From contig DAIRGM010000009.1 in NCBI GenBank assembly GCA_036794525.1, forward strand, positions 779 to 64,778: DNA of 64,000 nt. The letters are read 5' to 3'. Origin of the DNA: Methanoculleus sp. GTDB lineage: Archaea > Halobacteriota > Methanomicrobia > Methanomicrobiales > Methanoculleaceae. Below the pieces are notes generated by a model that was not told the DNA's origin, searched no databases, and worked only from the letters and a program-made list of their open reading frames with translations. The position numbers and the translations under genes were made by a program. Below, piece after piece: positions 1-9,633 of the stretch (the first letter of the stretch is position 1; every line of letters starts with the position of its first letter).

Positions 1-273
1 GAGTTCCCTCGACTTCTCGTGCGTCTCGGTGAGTTCCGCAACGAGTTCGGGGGCGAGTTCTTCGAGACGGCTCCTCCTCTCCGCCGCGCTCATCGCCGCC
101 ACCTCCGCAATCGCCTTCCCCGCGAGCGGCCCGAGTTCCTTCGCCCGGCTCCGGAACTCCGGGTGCTTGCCGAGCACCGTGCCGATGACCGTCCCGCTCT
201 TCGGGGCGCTATCGTGCTTCACCGCGTTCTGCAGAGCGTAGATAAAGAGCAGACGCTCGATATCGGTCTCCAT
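1..273 (-). CDS. gltX: glutamate--tRNA ligase (archaeal GluRS), 5' end only (91 codons; gene continues past the left edge)
   Basis: Not in the ORF track (no stop in window). Minus-strand translation from ATG at 273 gives METDIERLLFIYALQNAVKHDSAPKSGTVIGTVLGKHPEFRSRAKELGPLAGKAIAEV... This resembles, from memory, the N-terminal helical region of archaeal GluRS (..YALLNAVKH.G.A..GAVMGAV...PELR..). It starts 5 nt after the idsA stop. Confidence 0.55.
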   Translation of the reverse strand, partial: METDIERLLFIYALQNAVKHDSAPKSGTVIGTVLGKHPEFRSRAKELGPLAGKAIAEVAAMSAAERRSRLEELAPELVAELTETHEKSREL

Positions 274-277
274 GGTA

Positions 278-1243
278 TCAGTTGCCTCGAGCGATGAAGA
301 AATCGGCGATATCGCCGAGAAGACGCTTCTCCTCCGAGTCCGGGATGACCGAGAGCGCCTCTTTCGCGACGGTGGCCCGCTCGACGGCGACCGCCCTGAC
401 CTCGTCGATGACGCCGGCCTCCCCGAGCCGGGCGATCAGGTCGTCGATCTCCGCACCGGAGAGTCTCCTCCGGTACGGGGCGAGATCGAGCCCCTTCTCC
501 CGTGCCCGGATGGCGATCAGGGTCTGCTTTCCTTCCCGGATGTCCGAGGCCCGGTCCTTGCCGGTCACATCGCTGCTCGCGAGGAGATCGATGAGATCGT
601 CCTGGATCTGGAAGGCGATGCCGCTGTTCACCCCGTACTGGTAGAGGGCGTCGGCCTGGATGGCGGTTGCGCCTGCAAGGATCCCGCCGATGGCGGCGGA
701 TGCCCCGTAGAGCACCCCGGTCTTCTTGCTGACCATCTCCAGGTACTCCATCCCGGTAACATCCTCGCGCTTCTCGAACGCCATGTCCATGCTCTGCCCG
801 TCGCAGATATCGGTGCACGTCCGGGCAAGCATCTTCACCGCCCGGATCTTGGCGGCGTCCGCTGCTTCCGAGAGGCAGATGAACTCGAACGCCTTCGCGT
901 AGAGGACGTCCCCGGCGAGGATCGCCGTCGGTTCGTCCCAGACCGTATGCACCGTCGGCACGCCGCGCCGGACGGCGTCGCCGTCCATGATGTCGTCGTG
1001 GATGAGGGTGAAATTGTGGGTCAGTTCGAGCGAAAGGGCCGCCGGGAGCAGGTCGTCCGAGCTCCCCTTCCTCACCGCATCCGCAGCGAGGATGGCGACC
1101 GCCGGGCGGAGGCGTTTGCCGCCCGCAAGCAGCAGGTGAGCGCTCGCCCGGAAGAGATCGCCGTGGACGTCTCCGAAGTAACGGTGAAGCGTCTTGTCTA
1201 TCCGCTCAGCATTCATCTCCAGGTAGTCTTCAAGCGTCGTCAT
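278..1243 (-). CDS. idsA: geranylgeranyl diphosphate synthase (short-chain trans-polyprenyl synthase)
   Basis: 321-aa ORF with both Asp-rich polyprenyl synthase motifs (LIHDDIMDGD and FQIQDDLIDL). Sits in an isoprenoid gene cluster. Confidence 0.9.
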   Translation of the reverse strand: MTTLEDYLEMNAERIDKTLHRYFGDVHGDLFRASAHLLLAGGKRLRPAVAILAADAVRKGSSDDLLPAALSLELTHNFTLIHDDIMDGDAVRRGVPTVHTVWDEPTAILAGDVLYAKAFEFICLSEAADAAKIRAVKMLARTCTDICDGQSMDMAFEKREDVTGMEYLEMVSKKTGVLYGASAAIGGILAGATAIQADALYQYGVNSGIAFQIQDDLIDLLASSDVTGKDRASDIREGKQTLIAIRAREKGLDLAPYRRRLSGAEIDDLIARLGEAGVIDEVRAVAVERATVAKEALSVIPDSEEKRLLGDIADFFIARGN

Positions 1244-1253
1244 GTCGATTCTC

Positions 1254-2591
1254 CTACTTAATCAGGACACTCTTCCCGTTCCTCATGATATGAAGGTCGT
1301 TTCCGAGGGTATACCCGATCTCCTCCGCGAACTTCGCATAGCCGCCGGTCATGCTGATGTCGCCGTGCGACGGGATGACGTGCTGCGGGTTTAAGAGGTG
1401 GAGGAACTCGTAGTGGTCTTCTTTGTAGGCGTGGCCCGAGACGTGCAGTTCGTCGAAGATCCGCACGCCCGCCATCTTGGCACGGGCCTCGACCAGGTAG
1501 CGCTGACCGTAGTTCATCGGGTTCGGGATCACCTTCGCCGAGAAGAGGATCTTGTCGCCTTTCTCCAGTTTGTAGGGGGTGTCCCCCATCACGATCCTCG
1601 TCAGGATGGCGCCCGTCTCTCCCTGGTGGCCGGTGACGATCGGGAGGAACTTGTCCTTTCCGGTCTTCATGATCCGCCGCAGCGTCCGGTCAACCGTCCG
1701 CCGGTTGCCGAACATCGAGAGCGACTCGGGGAACGCGACCAGTTTCAACTGTTCCGCCGCCGAGCTGTAGCGCTCCATCGAGCGCCCGAGCAGGACCGGC
1801 TTTCTGCCGATCTCATGGGCGCATTCGGCGATCGACTTGACACGGGAGATGTGCGACGAGAACGTCGAGACGAAGAGGGCGCTCTTGTCGTCCTCGTAAC
1901 TCGTGATGGTGTCCCGCACGAGATCTCGCGCGATCTTCTCGCTCGGACACCGCCCGTTGTCGGCGATGTTGACACTCTCCGTGATAAGAGCGATGACGCC
2001 CTCCTTCCCGATCTGGCGCAGCCTTGCAAAGTCCGGGGGTTCCCCGAGCACCGGTGTCCGGTCGAGTTTGAAGTCGTTTGCGTAAACGACCGCGCCCCGG
2101 GGCGTATGCAGGACCGGGAAGACGGTGTCGATGATCGAGTGCTGGGCGCGCACGAACTCGAGCGTCAGGTGCGGGGAGATGGTGTAGCGCTGCCCGGCTT
2201 TCAGGGCAAAGAGCTTGTTGTTCACCCCGAACTTCTGTTCGCCTGCAATCTGCTGCCGGATCAGTTCCGAGGTATACGGCGTGCTGATGATCGGGGCGTT
2301 GTAGCGGTGCGCCAGTTTCGGTATCGCACCGATATGGTCAAGGTGTCCGTGCGAACAGACGATAGCCTTGACGCTTCCCTCGATTCCATTCATGATGGTG
2401 TCATCAGGAATGGCCCTCATCTCGATCAGGTCCAGGGAATGCATATTCTCGATATCAGCATCCTCGTGGATCATCACCTGGTCGAGCCGAAGGCCCATGT
2501 CAAAGATGACAATCTCCTTTCCGCAGCGGACGGCGGTCATATTTCTGCCGACTTCGTTATACCCGCCCACTGCTATGATCTCAATATCCAT
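1254..2591 (-). CDS. rnj: archaeal RNase J-like beta-CASP metallo-beta-lactamase ribonuclease
   Basis: ORF 1254..2636. HGHLDH metallo-beta-lactamase motif and a beta-CASP-like C-terminal half (..HVSGHAYKEDH..SHGD). Start placed at MDIEIIAVGG (ATG 2591), which removes the overlap with fni. Confidence 0.8.
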   Translation of the reverse strand: MDIEIIAVGGYNEVGRNMTAVRCGKEIVIFDMGLRLDQVMIHEDADIENMHSLDLIEMRAIPDDTIMNGIEGSVKAIVCSHGHLDHIGAIPKLAHRYNAPIISTPYTSELIRQQIAGEQKFGVNNKLFALKAGQRYTISPHLTLEFVRAQHSIIDTVFPVLHTPRGAVVYANDFKLDRTPVLGEPPDFARLRQIGKEGVIALITESVNIADNGRCPSEKIARDLVRDTITSYEDDKSALFVSTFSSHISRVKSIAECAHEIGRKPVLLGRSMERYSSAAEQLKLVAFPESLSMFGNRRTVDRTLRRIMKTGKDKFLPIVTGHQGETGAILTRIVMGDTPYKLEKGDKILFSAKVIPNPMNYGQRYLVEARAKMAGVRIFDELHVSGHAYKEDHYEFLHLLNPQHVIPSHGDISMTGGYAKFAEEIGYTLGNDLHIMRNGKSVLIK

Positions 2592-2619
2592 GTTGTCTCC
2601 TTGTTGAGATTTTGTGTGG

Positions 2620-3672
2620 TTAGTCGCTGTTTTCAATCATCTGCCGGGTCAGGCCGGTTATATACGTCCTGGCGTGCCGGAGATCCGCTATAGACCGGGA
2701 TCCCGTCAGGAACATCGCCACGCGGAGTTCGCGGTGCATCGCCTCGACGGCTCTAGAGAGCGCATCGTCGCTCTCCATGGCCGGTTTCAAGAGGGGGAGC
2801 GCCATGCCCCCGAGGTCTGCCCCGAGAGCAACGGCCTTCGCGATATCGATGCCGGAACGCAGTCCGCCCGTTGCGATGATCGGTCCGCCTGCCGTCCGCA
2901 CCTCGTGGAGGCTCACCACCGTCGGTATGCCCCACGAGAGGAACGCCTCCCCGAGATCGGCGAGTTCGGGGCCGCTCGCCCGCAGGCGTTCGATCTTCGC
3001 CCACGACGTGCCTCCGTAGCCGCCGATATCGATGGCGCTTGCTCCGGCGCCCCGGATGACCCTTGCGGTTCCGGCCGATATGCCGGAACCCGTCTCCTTC
3101 ACGATGACGGGATAGGAGAACTCCTTGCAGAGGTTTCGCAGCGCTTCGATACACCCCTCTGCGTTGTGATCGCCCTCCGGCTGAATCGCTTCCTGGAGCG
3201 AATTGACGTGGATGGCGATCGCCTGTGCATCGATCATCTCGACAGCCCGTTCCGCCCACTCGATGCCGCGGTCGCGGAGCTGGATGATTCCAAGGTTCGC
3301 GCAGAGGAACGCATGTGGCGCTTCCTCCCGCACGATGGTGAAACTCCCCTCCAGTTCGGGCTTCTCCAATGCCGCTCGCTGAGAACCGACACCCATGCCG
3401 AGGTTATACCGTTCTGCGGCCCGTGCGAGCCGCTGGTTCACCTCGAGGGTGTCCCGGTGTCCTCCGGTCATCGCTGCAATGAAGAGCGGGGAACCGAGTG
3501 TCGCGCCGAGGAACCGCGTCTTCGTCTCGATCGCGTCCATGTCGCACTCGGAAAGGGCGTTATGAACCAGGCGCACGTCCCCGAATCCGGCGTCGCCGGC
3601 CTCGACGGGCTGCTCGCAGCATATCTGCAGGTGTTCCCGTTTCCTTGAAGACGTGGCGGTCTCTTCTCTCAT
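2620..3672 (-). CDS. fni: isopentenyl-diphosphate delta-isomerase, type 2 (FMN-dependent)
   Basis: 350 aa. N-terminal RKREHL.., then FIAAMTGG and ..VKETGSGIS.. TIM-barrel FMN-oxidoreductase motifs typical of IDI-2. Neighbours ipk and mvk. Confidence 0.9.
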   Translation of the reverse strand: MREETATSSRKREHLQICCEQPVEAGDAGFGDVRLVHNALSECDMDAIETKTRFLGATLGSPLFIAAMTGGHRDTLEVNQRLARAAERYNLGMGVGSQRAALEKPELEGSFTIVREEAPHAFLCANLGIIQLRDRGIEWAERAVEMIDAQAIAIHVNSLQEAIQPEGDHNAEGCIEALRNLCKEFSYPVIVKETGSGISAGTARVIRGAGASAIDIGGYGGTSWAKIERLRASGPELADLGEAFLSWGIPTVVSLHEVRTAGGPIIATGGLRSGIDIAKAVALGADLGGMALPLLKPAMESDDALSRAVEAMHRELRVAMFLTGSRSIADLRHARTYITGLTRQMIENSD

Positions 3673-3675
3673 AGG

Positions 3676-4434
3676 TTACTCCTTTATGGTTATCGTAGTT
3701 CCGCCATGCCCGGTGTCGTCCAGGAACCGGCCGATCTTCGAGACATGGAAGATGTGTGCATCGATGCCGGCATCGGCCAGCGCCAGGAGTTCCGCGATCT
3801 TGCCTCGCATGCCCCCGGTCACGTCGGTGTTTCCCGACCCGCCGACATCGAGCGTAGCCGCGGTAGCCCGGTCGATACGCGGGACGACCGCGCCGTTCGC
3901 GAGGACGCCGGGAACGTCGGTCGCAAGGCCCACGCGCCGGCTCCCGAGAGCGGCGGCAAGCCGGGTGACGAGCTGGTCGCCCGAGACGATGCAGGAGCCC
4001 CGGAGCCGGTCCATCACCACGTCGCCGTGCAGCACGGGCACAATGCCGTGTTCCGTCATTTCGGCGATGTGGCGGGTCTCGAACGAGACCAGGCGCCCGT
4101 CTTCGGCGAGACAGAGGTCGAGAGGGTGAATACCGATCGCCTCGACCCCCGCGTCCCGCAGGGCGGTGACGACCGCCGCGTTCAGGCTTGAGACGGCGGT
4201 ATGCGTCTCGTAGACACCGGGGACGTTATCTCCGGCGAGACCGTCGTTGATCCGGTAACGCCGGGCCTCGGGATGCCCGCACGACCCCGCACCGTGGACG
4301 AGCACGAGAGCGGTCTCTCTGTGTGCGGCGAGTTCCCCCGCAATCTCGCGCAGGCGGGCGTGATCGATGGCACAGTTCCCCGACTTGTCGGTGATCACGC
4401 TCCCCCCCAGTTTCAGTACCACCCTCTCAGTCAT
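3676..4434 (-). CDS. ipk: isopentenyl phosphate kinase
   Basis: 252 aa, amino-acid-kinase fold start VVLKLGGSVITDK. Lies between mvk and fni, the classical archaeal mevalonate-pathway arrangement. Confidence 0.85.
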   Translation of the reverse strand: MTERVVLKLGGSVITDKSGNCAIDHARLREIAGELAAHRETALVLVHGAGSCGHPEARRYRINDGLAGDNVPGVYETHTAVSSLNAAVVTALRDAGVEAIGIHPLDLCLAEDGRLVSFETRHIAEMTEHGIVPVLHGDVVMDRLRGSCIVSGDQLVTRLAAALGSRRVGLATDVPGVLANGAVVPRIDRATAATLDVGGSGNTDVTGGMRGKIAELLALADAGIDAHIFHVSKIGRFLDDTGHGGTTITIKE

Positions 4435-5296
4435 GCTTCTCCTTTCTCGCGCCTTCCGTATCTATCGTCGTGATGATCGCCCGCCCTTCGCAGGCCTCGA
4501 TCGCCCCGGCAACCCGGCTCTTTGCACGCCTCGGGCAGAGAGCGATGATGCACCCGCCGCCTCCCGCTCCCGTGATCTTCGCACCGTACGCGCCGCTTGC
4601 CCGCGCCGCAAGCACGAGTTTGCTGCTCACCGGGTGTCCCACACCGAGCGCCTCCAGGAGGGCGTGGTTCATATCCATATACTGCCCGAGTTCCTTCGGG
4701 TTGCCGATGTTATGGAGGGCGGCAAGCGTCAGGGCCCCGATGGCGTCCAGGATCGGGTTCGCGACCTCGGGATGCTTCCGTTGCAGGTTCCCGACCTGTT
4801 CCACCATCTTCGCGGTGCTGTGCGGCACCAGGGTGTTCCCCACGACGACCTGCAGGTTCTCAGGCGGCAGTCTCCGCTTGGAGTTCCCCGTGATCAGCAC
4901 CATCCCTCCGTTCGTAGAGACGTAGGTGTCGGTGGGGCTTGCCCTCCCTTTCTGGACCTTCTTCTCGATGGCGAACGCGGTCTCGGCGATGTACTCGCGG
5001 GTGTGCCCGAGATTGAACTCATCGTTGATCGCAGAGAGCGTCGCCACCGTCACCGCGGCCGACGACCCGAGCCCCGACGAACTCTGGAGCTGGGAATGGA
5101 CATAGACGCTGCCCCGGGCCCCCATTATCCTGAAACACTCGTCGATGTAGGGCGACTTCGGGCGGGTCGGGTTGCGCGACTTCCTCACCGTGACGAAGAC
5201 GCGCGGCTTGATCGCCATCGCGACTCCCGGTTTCCCGTAGACCACTGCATGCTCGCCGAACAGGAAGACCTTGCCCGGTGCGCTCCACGTTGCCAA
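4427..5296 (-). CDS. mvk: mevalonate kinase
   Basis: 289 aa GHMP kinase with GKVFLFGEHAVVYG, SSGLGSSAA and KITGAGGGG motifs. Confidence 0.9.
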   Translation of the reverse strand: MATWSAPGKVFLFGEHAVVYGKPGVAMAIKPRVFVTVRKSRNPTRPKSPYIDECFRIMGARGSVYVHSQLQSSSGLGSSAAVTVATLSAINDEFNLGHTREYIAETAFAIEKKVQKGRASPTDTYVSTNGGMVLITGNSKRRLPPENLQVVVGNTLVPHSTAKMVEQVGNLQRKHPEVANPILDAIGALTLAALHNIGNPKELGQYMDMNHALLEALGVGHPVSSKLVLAARASGAYGAKITGAGGGGCIIALCPRRAKSRVAGAIEACEGRAIITTIDTEGARKEKHD

Positions 5297-6085
5297 TCAG
5301 ACCACCGCTATCGCTGCATACCCCACTACCTGATTGTGATCCTCCGTCACGTCGCCGCTCGTCGTATACCGTAAGAGTTCTGCTCTCTCTGCACCGAGCG
5401 ACCGGCATACCATGCACATGGTCGCGATCGGGCCGTAGCCGCAGACCGTAGCGTGTGTCTCCTGGAGCCGCCGGTAAAACTCGGGTATGTCCAGGGTCTT
5501 GAGCGCGTCGATCGCGTAGAGGTCCTGCCGCCGGGCCACCTCGTCCGGGACGTAATGGGAGAAGTCGCTCGAGGCGACGATCCGCACGTCCCGTCTCGTC
5601 TGCTCGACTGCCTGGAGCAGGTGCTCCGCAAGGTTCTCTGCCGCTTCGTAGGTCTGTTCTCCCATGAGAACGGGTGCGGCCCTTGCTCTCGGGAACCGGT
5701 ATTTTATGAACGGCATCTGCACCTCGATCGAGTGCTCGTTCCGGTGCGATGCTTCGTCTATCTCGATATCCATCGCGTCGATGAACTCTGTATCGACATC
5801 GACGAGCCCGAGCGGCGTCTCCCACGGTACGGCGGAGGCAGAGGTCATGTATCCACGGTGACTCGGGCCTATGACCAGAAACGTGCCGTCAAAATCAGGG
5901 GGTATGGTAGAGAATGCACAGGCTCCGGTCTCTCCCGAGTAGACGTATCCGGCGTGGGGAGAGACGATCCCCCGGGATAGTATCCCCGGGGCCTTTTTCT
6001 GGAAGAATGTCTCCAGCAGTTGCTCCAGATGCCTGGGCTCGGCAGGATAAAACATTCCCGCTACACTGCATGGGCGCATATCCAT
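5297..6085 (-). CDS. MEMO1-family protein (AmmeMemoRadiSam system protein B-like)
   Basis: ORF 5297..6130. MRPCSVAGMFYP.. N-terminus and ..VSPHAGYVYSG.. / ..SSDFSHY.. motifs of the Memo/dioxygenase-like family. Start moved to MDMRPC (ATG 6085) to clear the rps2 stop. Confidence 0.75.
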   Translation of the reverse strand: MDMRPCSVAGMFYPAEPRHLEQLLETFFQKKAPGILSRGIVSPHAGYVYSGETGACAFSTIPPDFDGTFLVIGPSHRGYMTSASAVPWETPLGLVDVDTEFIDAMDIEIDEASHRNEHSIEVQMPFIKYRFPRARAAPVLMGEQTYEAAENLAEHLLQAVEQTRRDVRIVASSDFSHYVPDEVARRQDLYAIDALKTLDIPEFYRRLQETHATVCGYGPIATMCMVCRSLGAERAELLRYTTSGDVTEDHNQVVGYAAIAVV

Positions 6086-6113
6086 CAACGATCGAGCTCT
6101 TGTGCTTCGGATC

Positions 6114-6731
6114 TTATAACTCTGTCTCAAAGTCTTCGGGCGTGAGCGACGTGGTCACACCGCGCAGACGGAGCAGTTCCTTTGCCAGGATGTAGTAGAT
6201 CACCGAGAGCGCCTTCCGACCCTTGTTGTTTGTCGGGATGACCAGATCGACGTACTTCGTCGTGTTGTTGGTGTCGCAGAGCGCGACGATCGGGATACCG
6301 GTCTGGACGGCCTCGTTGATCGCCTGGGCATCGCCGATGGGATCGGTCACCACGACGACGTCCGGCTCGATGTAGGTGTTTAAGCCGTGTAAGCGCTGGT
6401 TGGTGAGCGTCCCCGGGATGAAGCGGCCGACGGCCGACATGCCGCCGATCGCATCGGCGAACTTCTTGGCCGGGTACTGGCCGTACTGCCGGGAGGTGAC
6501 GACCAGGATCTTCGAAGGTTCGTACTGCGAAAGGAACTTCGCTGCAGCCTTGATCCGTTCGTCGGTCGCCTGGATGTCCAGGATGTACAGCCCATCCCCG
6601 CGGACGCGGTAGATGAACTTCATCATATCCTTGCTCTTCTGCTGGGTGCCGATGTGCACACCTGCCGCAAGGTACTCCTCGACGGGCATCAGCGGTTCTT
6701 TCAGTTCAATCTCAAGTTCGTTTCCTGTCAA
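6114..6731 (-). CDS. rps2: 30S ribosomal protein S2 (uS2)
   Basis: 205 aa. ..[10 protein letters not shown]..., archaeal uS2 size. Sits next to eno, the conserved archaeal order. Confidence 0.95.
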   Translation of the reverse strand: MTGNELEIELKEPLMPVEEYLAAGVHIGTQQKSKDMMKFIYRVRGDGLYILDIQATDERIKAAAKFLSQYEPSKILVVTSRQYGQYPAKKFADAIGGMSAVGRFIPGTLTNQRLHGLNTYIEPDVVVVTDPIGDAQAINEAVQTGIPIVALCDTNNTTKYVDLVIPTNNKGRKALSVIYYILAKELLRLRGVTTSLTPEDFETEL

Positions 6732-6732
6732 A

Positions 6733-7920
6733 TTAGATCAGCTCCTCTATGCGAATCAGTTCGTTCAATTTGGCTATCCGCTCACCGCCGACCACGCCGG
6801 TCTTGAGGAAGATGCACCCGAACGCGGTTGCAAGGTGTGCTATCGTCGCGTCGGTCGTCTCTCCGGAACGGTGGCTCATGACGCTCTCCATTCCGTTCTC
6901 CTGCGCGAGGCGTATCGCCTCGAAGGTGTCGGTGAGCGTCCCTATCTGGTTTGGTTTGATCAGGACGCAGTTTGCCGCATCCGTTTCGATGCCCTTCGTG
7001 ATCCGCTCGACGTTGGTCACGAAGAGGTCGTCGCCGCAGATGAGGCACCGGTCCCCGACCTGTTCGGTCAGGTCGGCGAACGCGTCAAAGTCCTCCTCGA
7101 AGAGAGGATCCTCAATGTAGATGAGGTTGTAGTGGTCGACGAGGTCGGCCATGTAGGCGATCTGGTCTTCCCGGCTCCGCACCGCGTCTTTGTAGCGGTA
7201 GTGCTCGCCGTTCCACATCTCGCTTGCCGCTACGTCGATCCCCATCCTGACCTCGACGTTCGTCTCATCGGAGACGGTGTTGATCGCCTCGGCGATGATC
7301 TCGAACGCCTCAATGTCGGATATCGCAGGTGCCCAGGCGCCTTCATCCCCTTTCCCGGAGAGTCTGCCCCGCTCCTGCAGTATCTTTTTCACGGTCTTGT
7401 GAACGGCAGCGTTCACGAAGACGCCTTCCGTCGCGCCCGAGGCCCCGGTGGGAACCACCAGGAACTCCTGGATCGAGGTGGCGTTCGGGGCATGCGCGCC
7501 TCCGCCGATGACGTTGCCGAGCGGCAGAGGCGTCTCGGCGGCGAACGTACCCCCGAGGTAGCGGAAGAGTTCAAGGTCGAGCGACGATGCAGCCGCCTTT
7601 GCGCACGCAAGCGAGAGCGCTACGGCGACGTTTGCACCGATCGAACTGAAGTCGGCCGTTCCGTCGTTCTCCCTGAGCAGTGCGTCGAACGTGATCTGAT
7701 CGCGGGTGTCTTCACCGATGAGCGATGGAATCAGGTTTTTCTCTGCGTCCTCGATAGCCTCGCGCGGCGGCCGCACCTTTGCTTCATAGGTTCCGGTGCT
7801 GGCACCGCTCGGGGCGCAAGCCCGCCCAAAGCCGCAATCGGTGTAGATTTCAGCCTCGACGGTCTCGTTTCCGCGGCTATCCAGGATTGTTCTTAAGATA
7901 ATCTGTTCGATGGTCGTCAT
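6733..7920 (-). CDS. eno: enolase (phosphopyruvate hydratase)
   Basis: 395 aa. ..[13 protein letters not shown].., ..[10 protein letters not shown].., ..SHRSGETTD.. enolase signature motifs. Confidence 0.95.
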   Translation of the reverse strand: MTTIEQIILRTILDSRGNETVEAEIYTDCGFGRACAPSGASTGTYEAKVRPPREAIEDAEKNLIPSLIGEDTRDQITFDALLRENDGTADFSSIGANVAVALSLACAKAAASSLDLELFRYLGGTFAAETPLPLGNVIGGGAHAPNATSIQEFLVVPTGASGATEGVFVNAAVHKTVKKILQERGRLSGKGDEGAWAPAISDIEAFEIIAEAINTVSDETNVEVRMGIDVAASEMWNGEHYRYKDAVRSREDQIAYMADLVDHYNLIYIEDPLFEEDFDAFADLTEQVGDRCLICGDDLFVTNVERITKGIETDAANCVLIKPNQIGTLTDTFEAIRLAQENGMESVMSHRSGETTDATIAHLATAFGCIFLKTGVVGGERIAKLNELIRIEELI

Positions 7921-7927
7921 CAGATCA

Positions 7928-8095
7928 CTACTTTCTCTTCACCGTTATAGGGATCACGCCTTTATCGAACTCTTCAAGTGCGATCTCGAGTGGCTCTGTA
8001 CTTGGTGTTTTGACCAGAACAGGTGCACCCATCGATATCTGAAGAGAACGAGCCCCTATAATTCGCGCCCGTTCATACCGGGTATAAGATTCCAT
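7928..8095 (-). CDS. rpoK: DNA-directed RNA polymerase subunit K (Rpo6)
   Basis: 55-aa ORF, below the ORF-track cutoff; translated by hand: [55 protein letters not shown]. Contains the RpoK/Rpb6 core (YE.ARI.G.RA.QI..GAP). Sits between tRNA-Pro/rpoN and eno, as in other archaea. Confidence 0.85.
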   Translation of the reverse strand: MESYTRYERARIIGARSLQISMGAPVLVKTPSTEPLEIALEEFDKGVIPITVKRK

Positions 8096-8125
8096 CGTGC
8101 AGCCTCAAAATCATTCATGATAAAA

Positions 8126-8199
8126 TGGGGTCGCTGAGATTTGAACTCAGGTCACAGCATCCCGAACGCCATAGGATGGCCAGGCTACCCCACGACCCC
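8126..8199 (-). tRNA. tRNA-Pro (anticodon CGG)
   Basis: Hand-folded 74 nt: GGGGTCG/CGACCCC acceptor stem, anticodon loop TTCGGGA (CGG, G37), T arm CTGAG-TTCAAAT-CTCAG, discriminator A. No encoded CCA. Confidence 0.85.
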
Positions 8200-8388
8200 T
8201 CATTGGTACGGATTCAGGTCCTCCACAGTTTCCTTGTGCGTCAGCAGCATCCGCCTGCAACAGTAACGTTCCAGACCGAGATCGTCGAGGATCCGTTTTG
8301 GATCCTCGCCGGCATCCCGCCGCTCTTTGAACTCCTTCCAGGCTGTAGAGATGACCTTACCGCATGTAAAACATCGTACGGGTATCAT
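8200..8388 (-). CDS. rpoN: DNA-directed RNA polymerase subunit N (Rpo10)
   Basis: 62 aa. [13 protein letters not shown]...RYCCRRM zinc-binding RpoN signature. Confidence 0.92.
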   Translation of the reverse strand: MIPVRCFTCGKVISTAWKEFKERRDAGEDPKRILDDLGLERYCCRRMLLTHKETVEDLNPYQ

Positions 8389-8422
8389 AATAATGGTCCA
8401 GCATCCCTTATATCTCTTTTGT

Positions 8423-8824
8423 TCACCGGTAGGACTTCTGGAACCGTGCCCGTGCTCCGGGGCCGTGCGGCTTCTTGGTCTCTTTCTGCCGTGAGTCGTT
8501 TACGAGCAGCGTCCGGTCGTACGCGAGGAATGCATCCTTTATCGCCGGATCGTTGTGCCACTCCACGATGCCGCGCGCGAGCGCCGTCCGGACCGCTTCG
8601 GCCTGACCCATCGTGCCCCCGCCGGAGACGTCGATCGCCGCGTCGACACCGTCGAGCGCGTTCGGCACCAGCAGCAGCGGCTCGGCGATCTTCATGCGGA
8701 TCAGTTCCGTCCCGTAGATATCCAGGGGCACGGAGTTGATGCGGACCCGGCCGTTGCCGGGCTTCAAGGTCGCGCGGGCGATTGCCGTCTTTCTCTTACC
8801 GCTTGAATTGATGATCTTTGCCAC
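8423..8824 (-). CDS. rps9: 30S ribosomal protein S9 (uS9)
   Basis: 133 aa. ..[10 protein letters not shown].., C-terminal ..[10 protein letters not shown]. Confidence 0.95.
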   Translation of the reverse strand: MAKIINSSGKRKTAIARATLKPGNGRVRINSVPLDIYGTELIRMKIAEPLLLVPNALDGVDAAIDVSGGGTMGQAEAVRTALARGIVEWHNDPAIKDAFLAYDRTLLVNDSRQKETKKPHGPGARARFQKSYR

Positions 8825-8836
8825 TTCATCACCTCA

Positions 8837-9259
8837 TTAGTATTTTGCTCCGAGGTTGTTGCTTATCGCCCCGATCGTCACGTATCTCGTGTTGCCCAGC
8901 CGGTCGACGTGGGCAGCGTCGAGCGTCTCCGTCTCTATCCCGACAAACTCCATCGGGACGCCGACATAGGTCTTGATCCGCTTGAATGCCGCGATACCGC
9001 GCTCGCGCTTGTAGGGGAGCATCCCGCGGATGGTGCGCTTGACGATATGGTCGGGCCTGCGCGGGAAGAACGGACCGCCCTCGCGGGATCCGCGCTCGCG
9101 CTTCGTGGTGTAGTTCGCGAGCACCTGCGCCTTGCTGCCGGAGACGATCGCCTTCTCCACGTTCACGAGGGCGATCTCTTCGCCGGCAAGCGCACGCTGC
9201 GCGACGATGCTGGCCATCCTTCCGAGCAGTAATCCTTCTGCGTCGATAACTGTAACCAT
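8837..9259 (-). CDS. rpl13: 50S ribosomal protein L13 (uL13)
   Basis: ORF 8837..9331. uL13 begins at [17 protein letters not shown] (ATG 9259). The 24 upstream codons overlap rpl18e and look spurious. Confidence 0.9.
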   Translation of the reverse strand: MVTVIDAEGLLLGRMASIVAQRALAGEEIALVNVEKAIVSGSKAQVLANYTTKRERGSREGGPFFPRRPDHIVKRTIRGMLPYKRERGIAAFKRIKTYVGVPMEFVGIETETLDAAHVDRLGNTRYVTIGAISNNLGAKY

Positions 9260-9264
9260 TCGTC

Positions 9265-9633
9265 TCACCTGAGGATCCGTACCCTGCTCCCCGTCGGGTT
9301 GTCCCGGACGAGGTCCTCGATAGTCATGCACGTCCCGTTTGCGCCGGTGATCTTGCTCATCGCCGCCTCGGAGAAGTCCAGTGCGGCGATCTTCACCGGC
9401 AGGCTGAGCGCGCCGCTGCCGAGCACCTTGCCCGGCACCAGGATCGTCTCGCCTTCGTTTGCGTACCGGTCGATCTTGCTGAGGTTCACCTCGGCGTAGT
9501 TCTTCCGGGGCGCATCCAGCCTCTTTGCAATCTCGCGCCAGATGCCCGCCTCATGCACGCGCGACGCATCTTTGAGCGTCGCGATGAGGGTGGTCAGCCG
9601 GGGGTTCGATTTATTCTCGGTTGTCTTCTTCAT
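9265..9633 (-). CDS. rpl18e: 50S ribosomal protein L18e (eL18)
   Basis: 122 aa. [12 protein letters not shown]...VNLSKI..VPGKVLG pattern of archaeal L18e. Conserved position between rpoD and rpl13. Confidence 0.9.
   Translation of the reverse strand: MKKTTENKSNPRLTTLIATLKDASRVHEAGIWREIAKRLDAPRKNYAEVNLSKIDRYANEGETILVPGKVLGSGALSLPVKIAALDFSEAAMSKITGANGTCMTIEDLVRDNPTGSRVRILR

Noticed and set aside
1398-2693. 431-aa plus-strand ORF (also 6613..7896, 15419..17212, 45305..46762, 28718..29797 and similar)
   Set aside because: All are antisense or out of frame relative to genes with unambiguous signatures (RNase J, enolase, CBS proteins, kinase, PolX). They show the characteristic R/P/G/D-rich antisense composition of GC-rich genomes.
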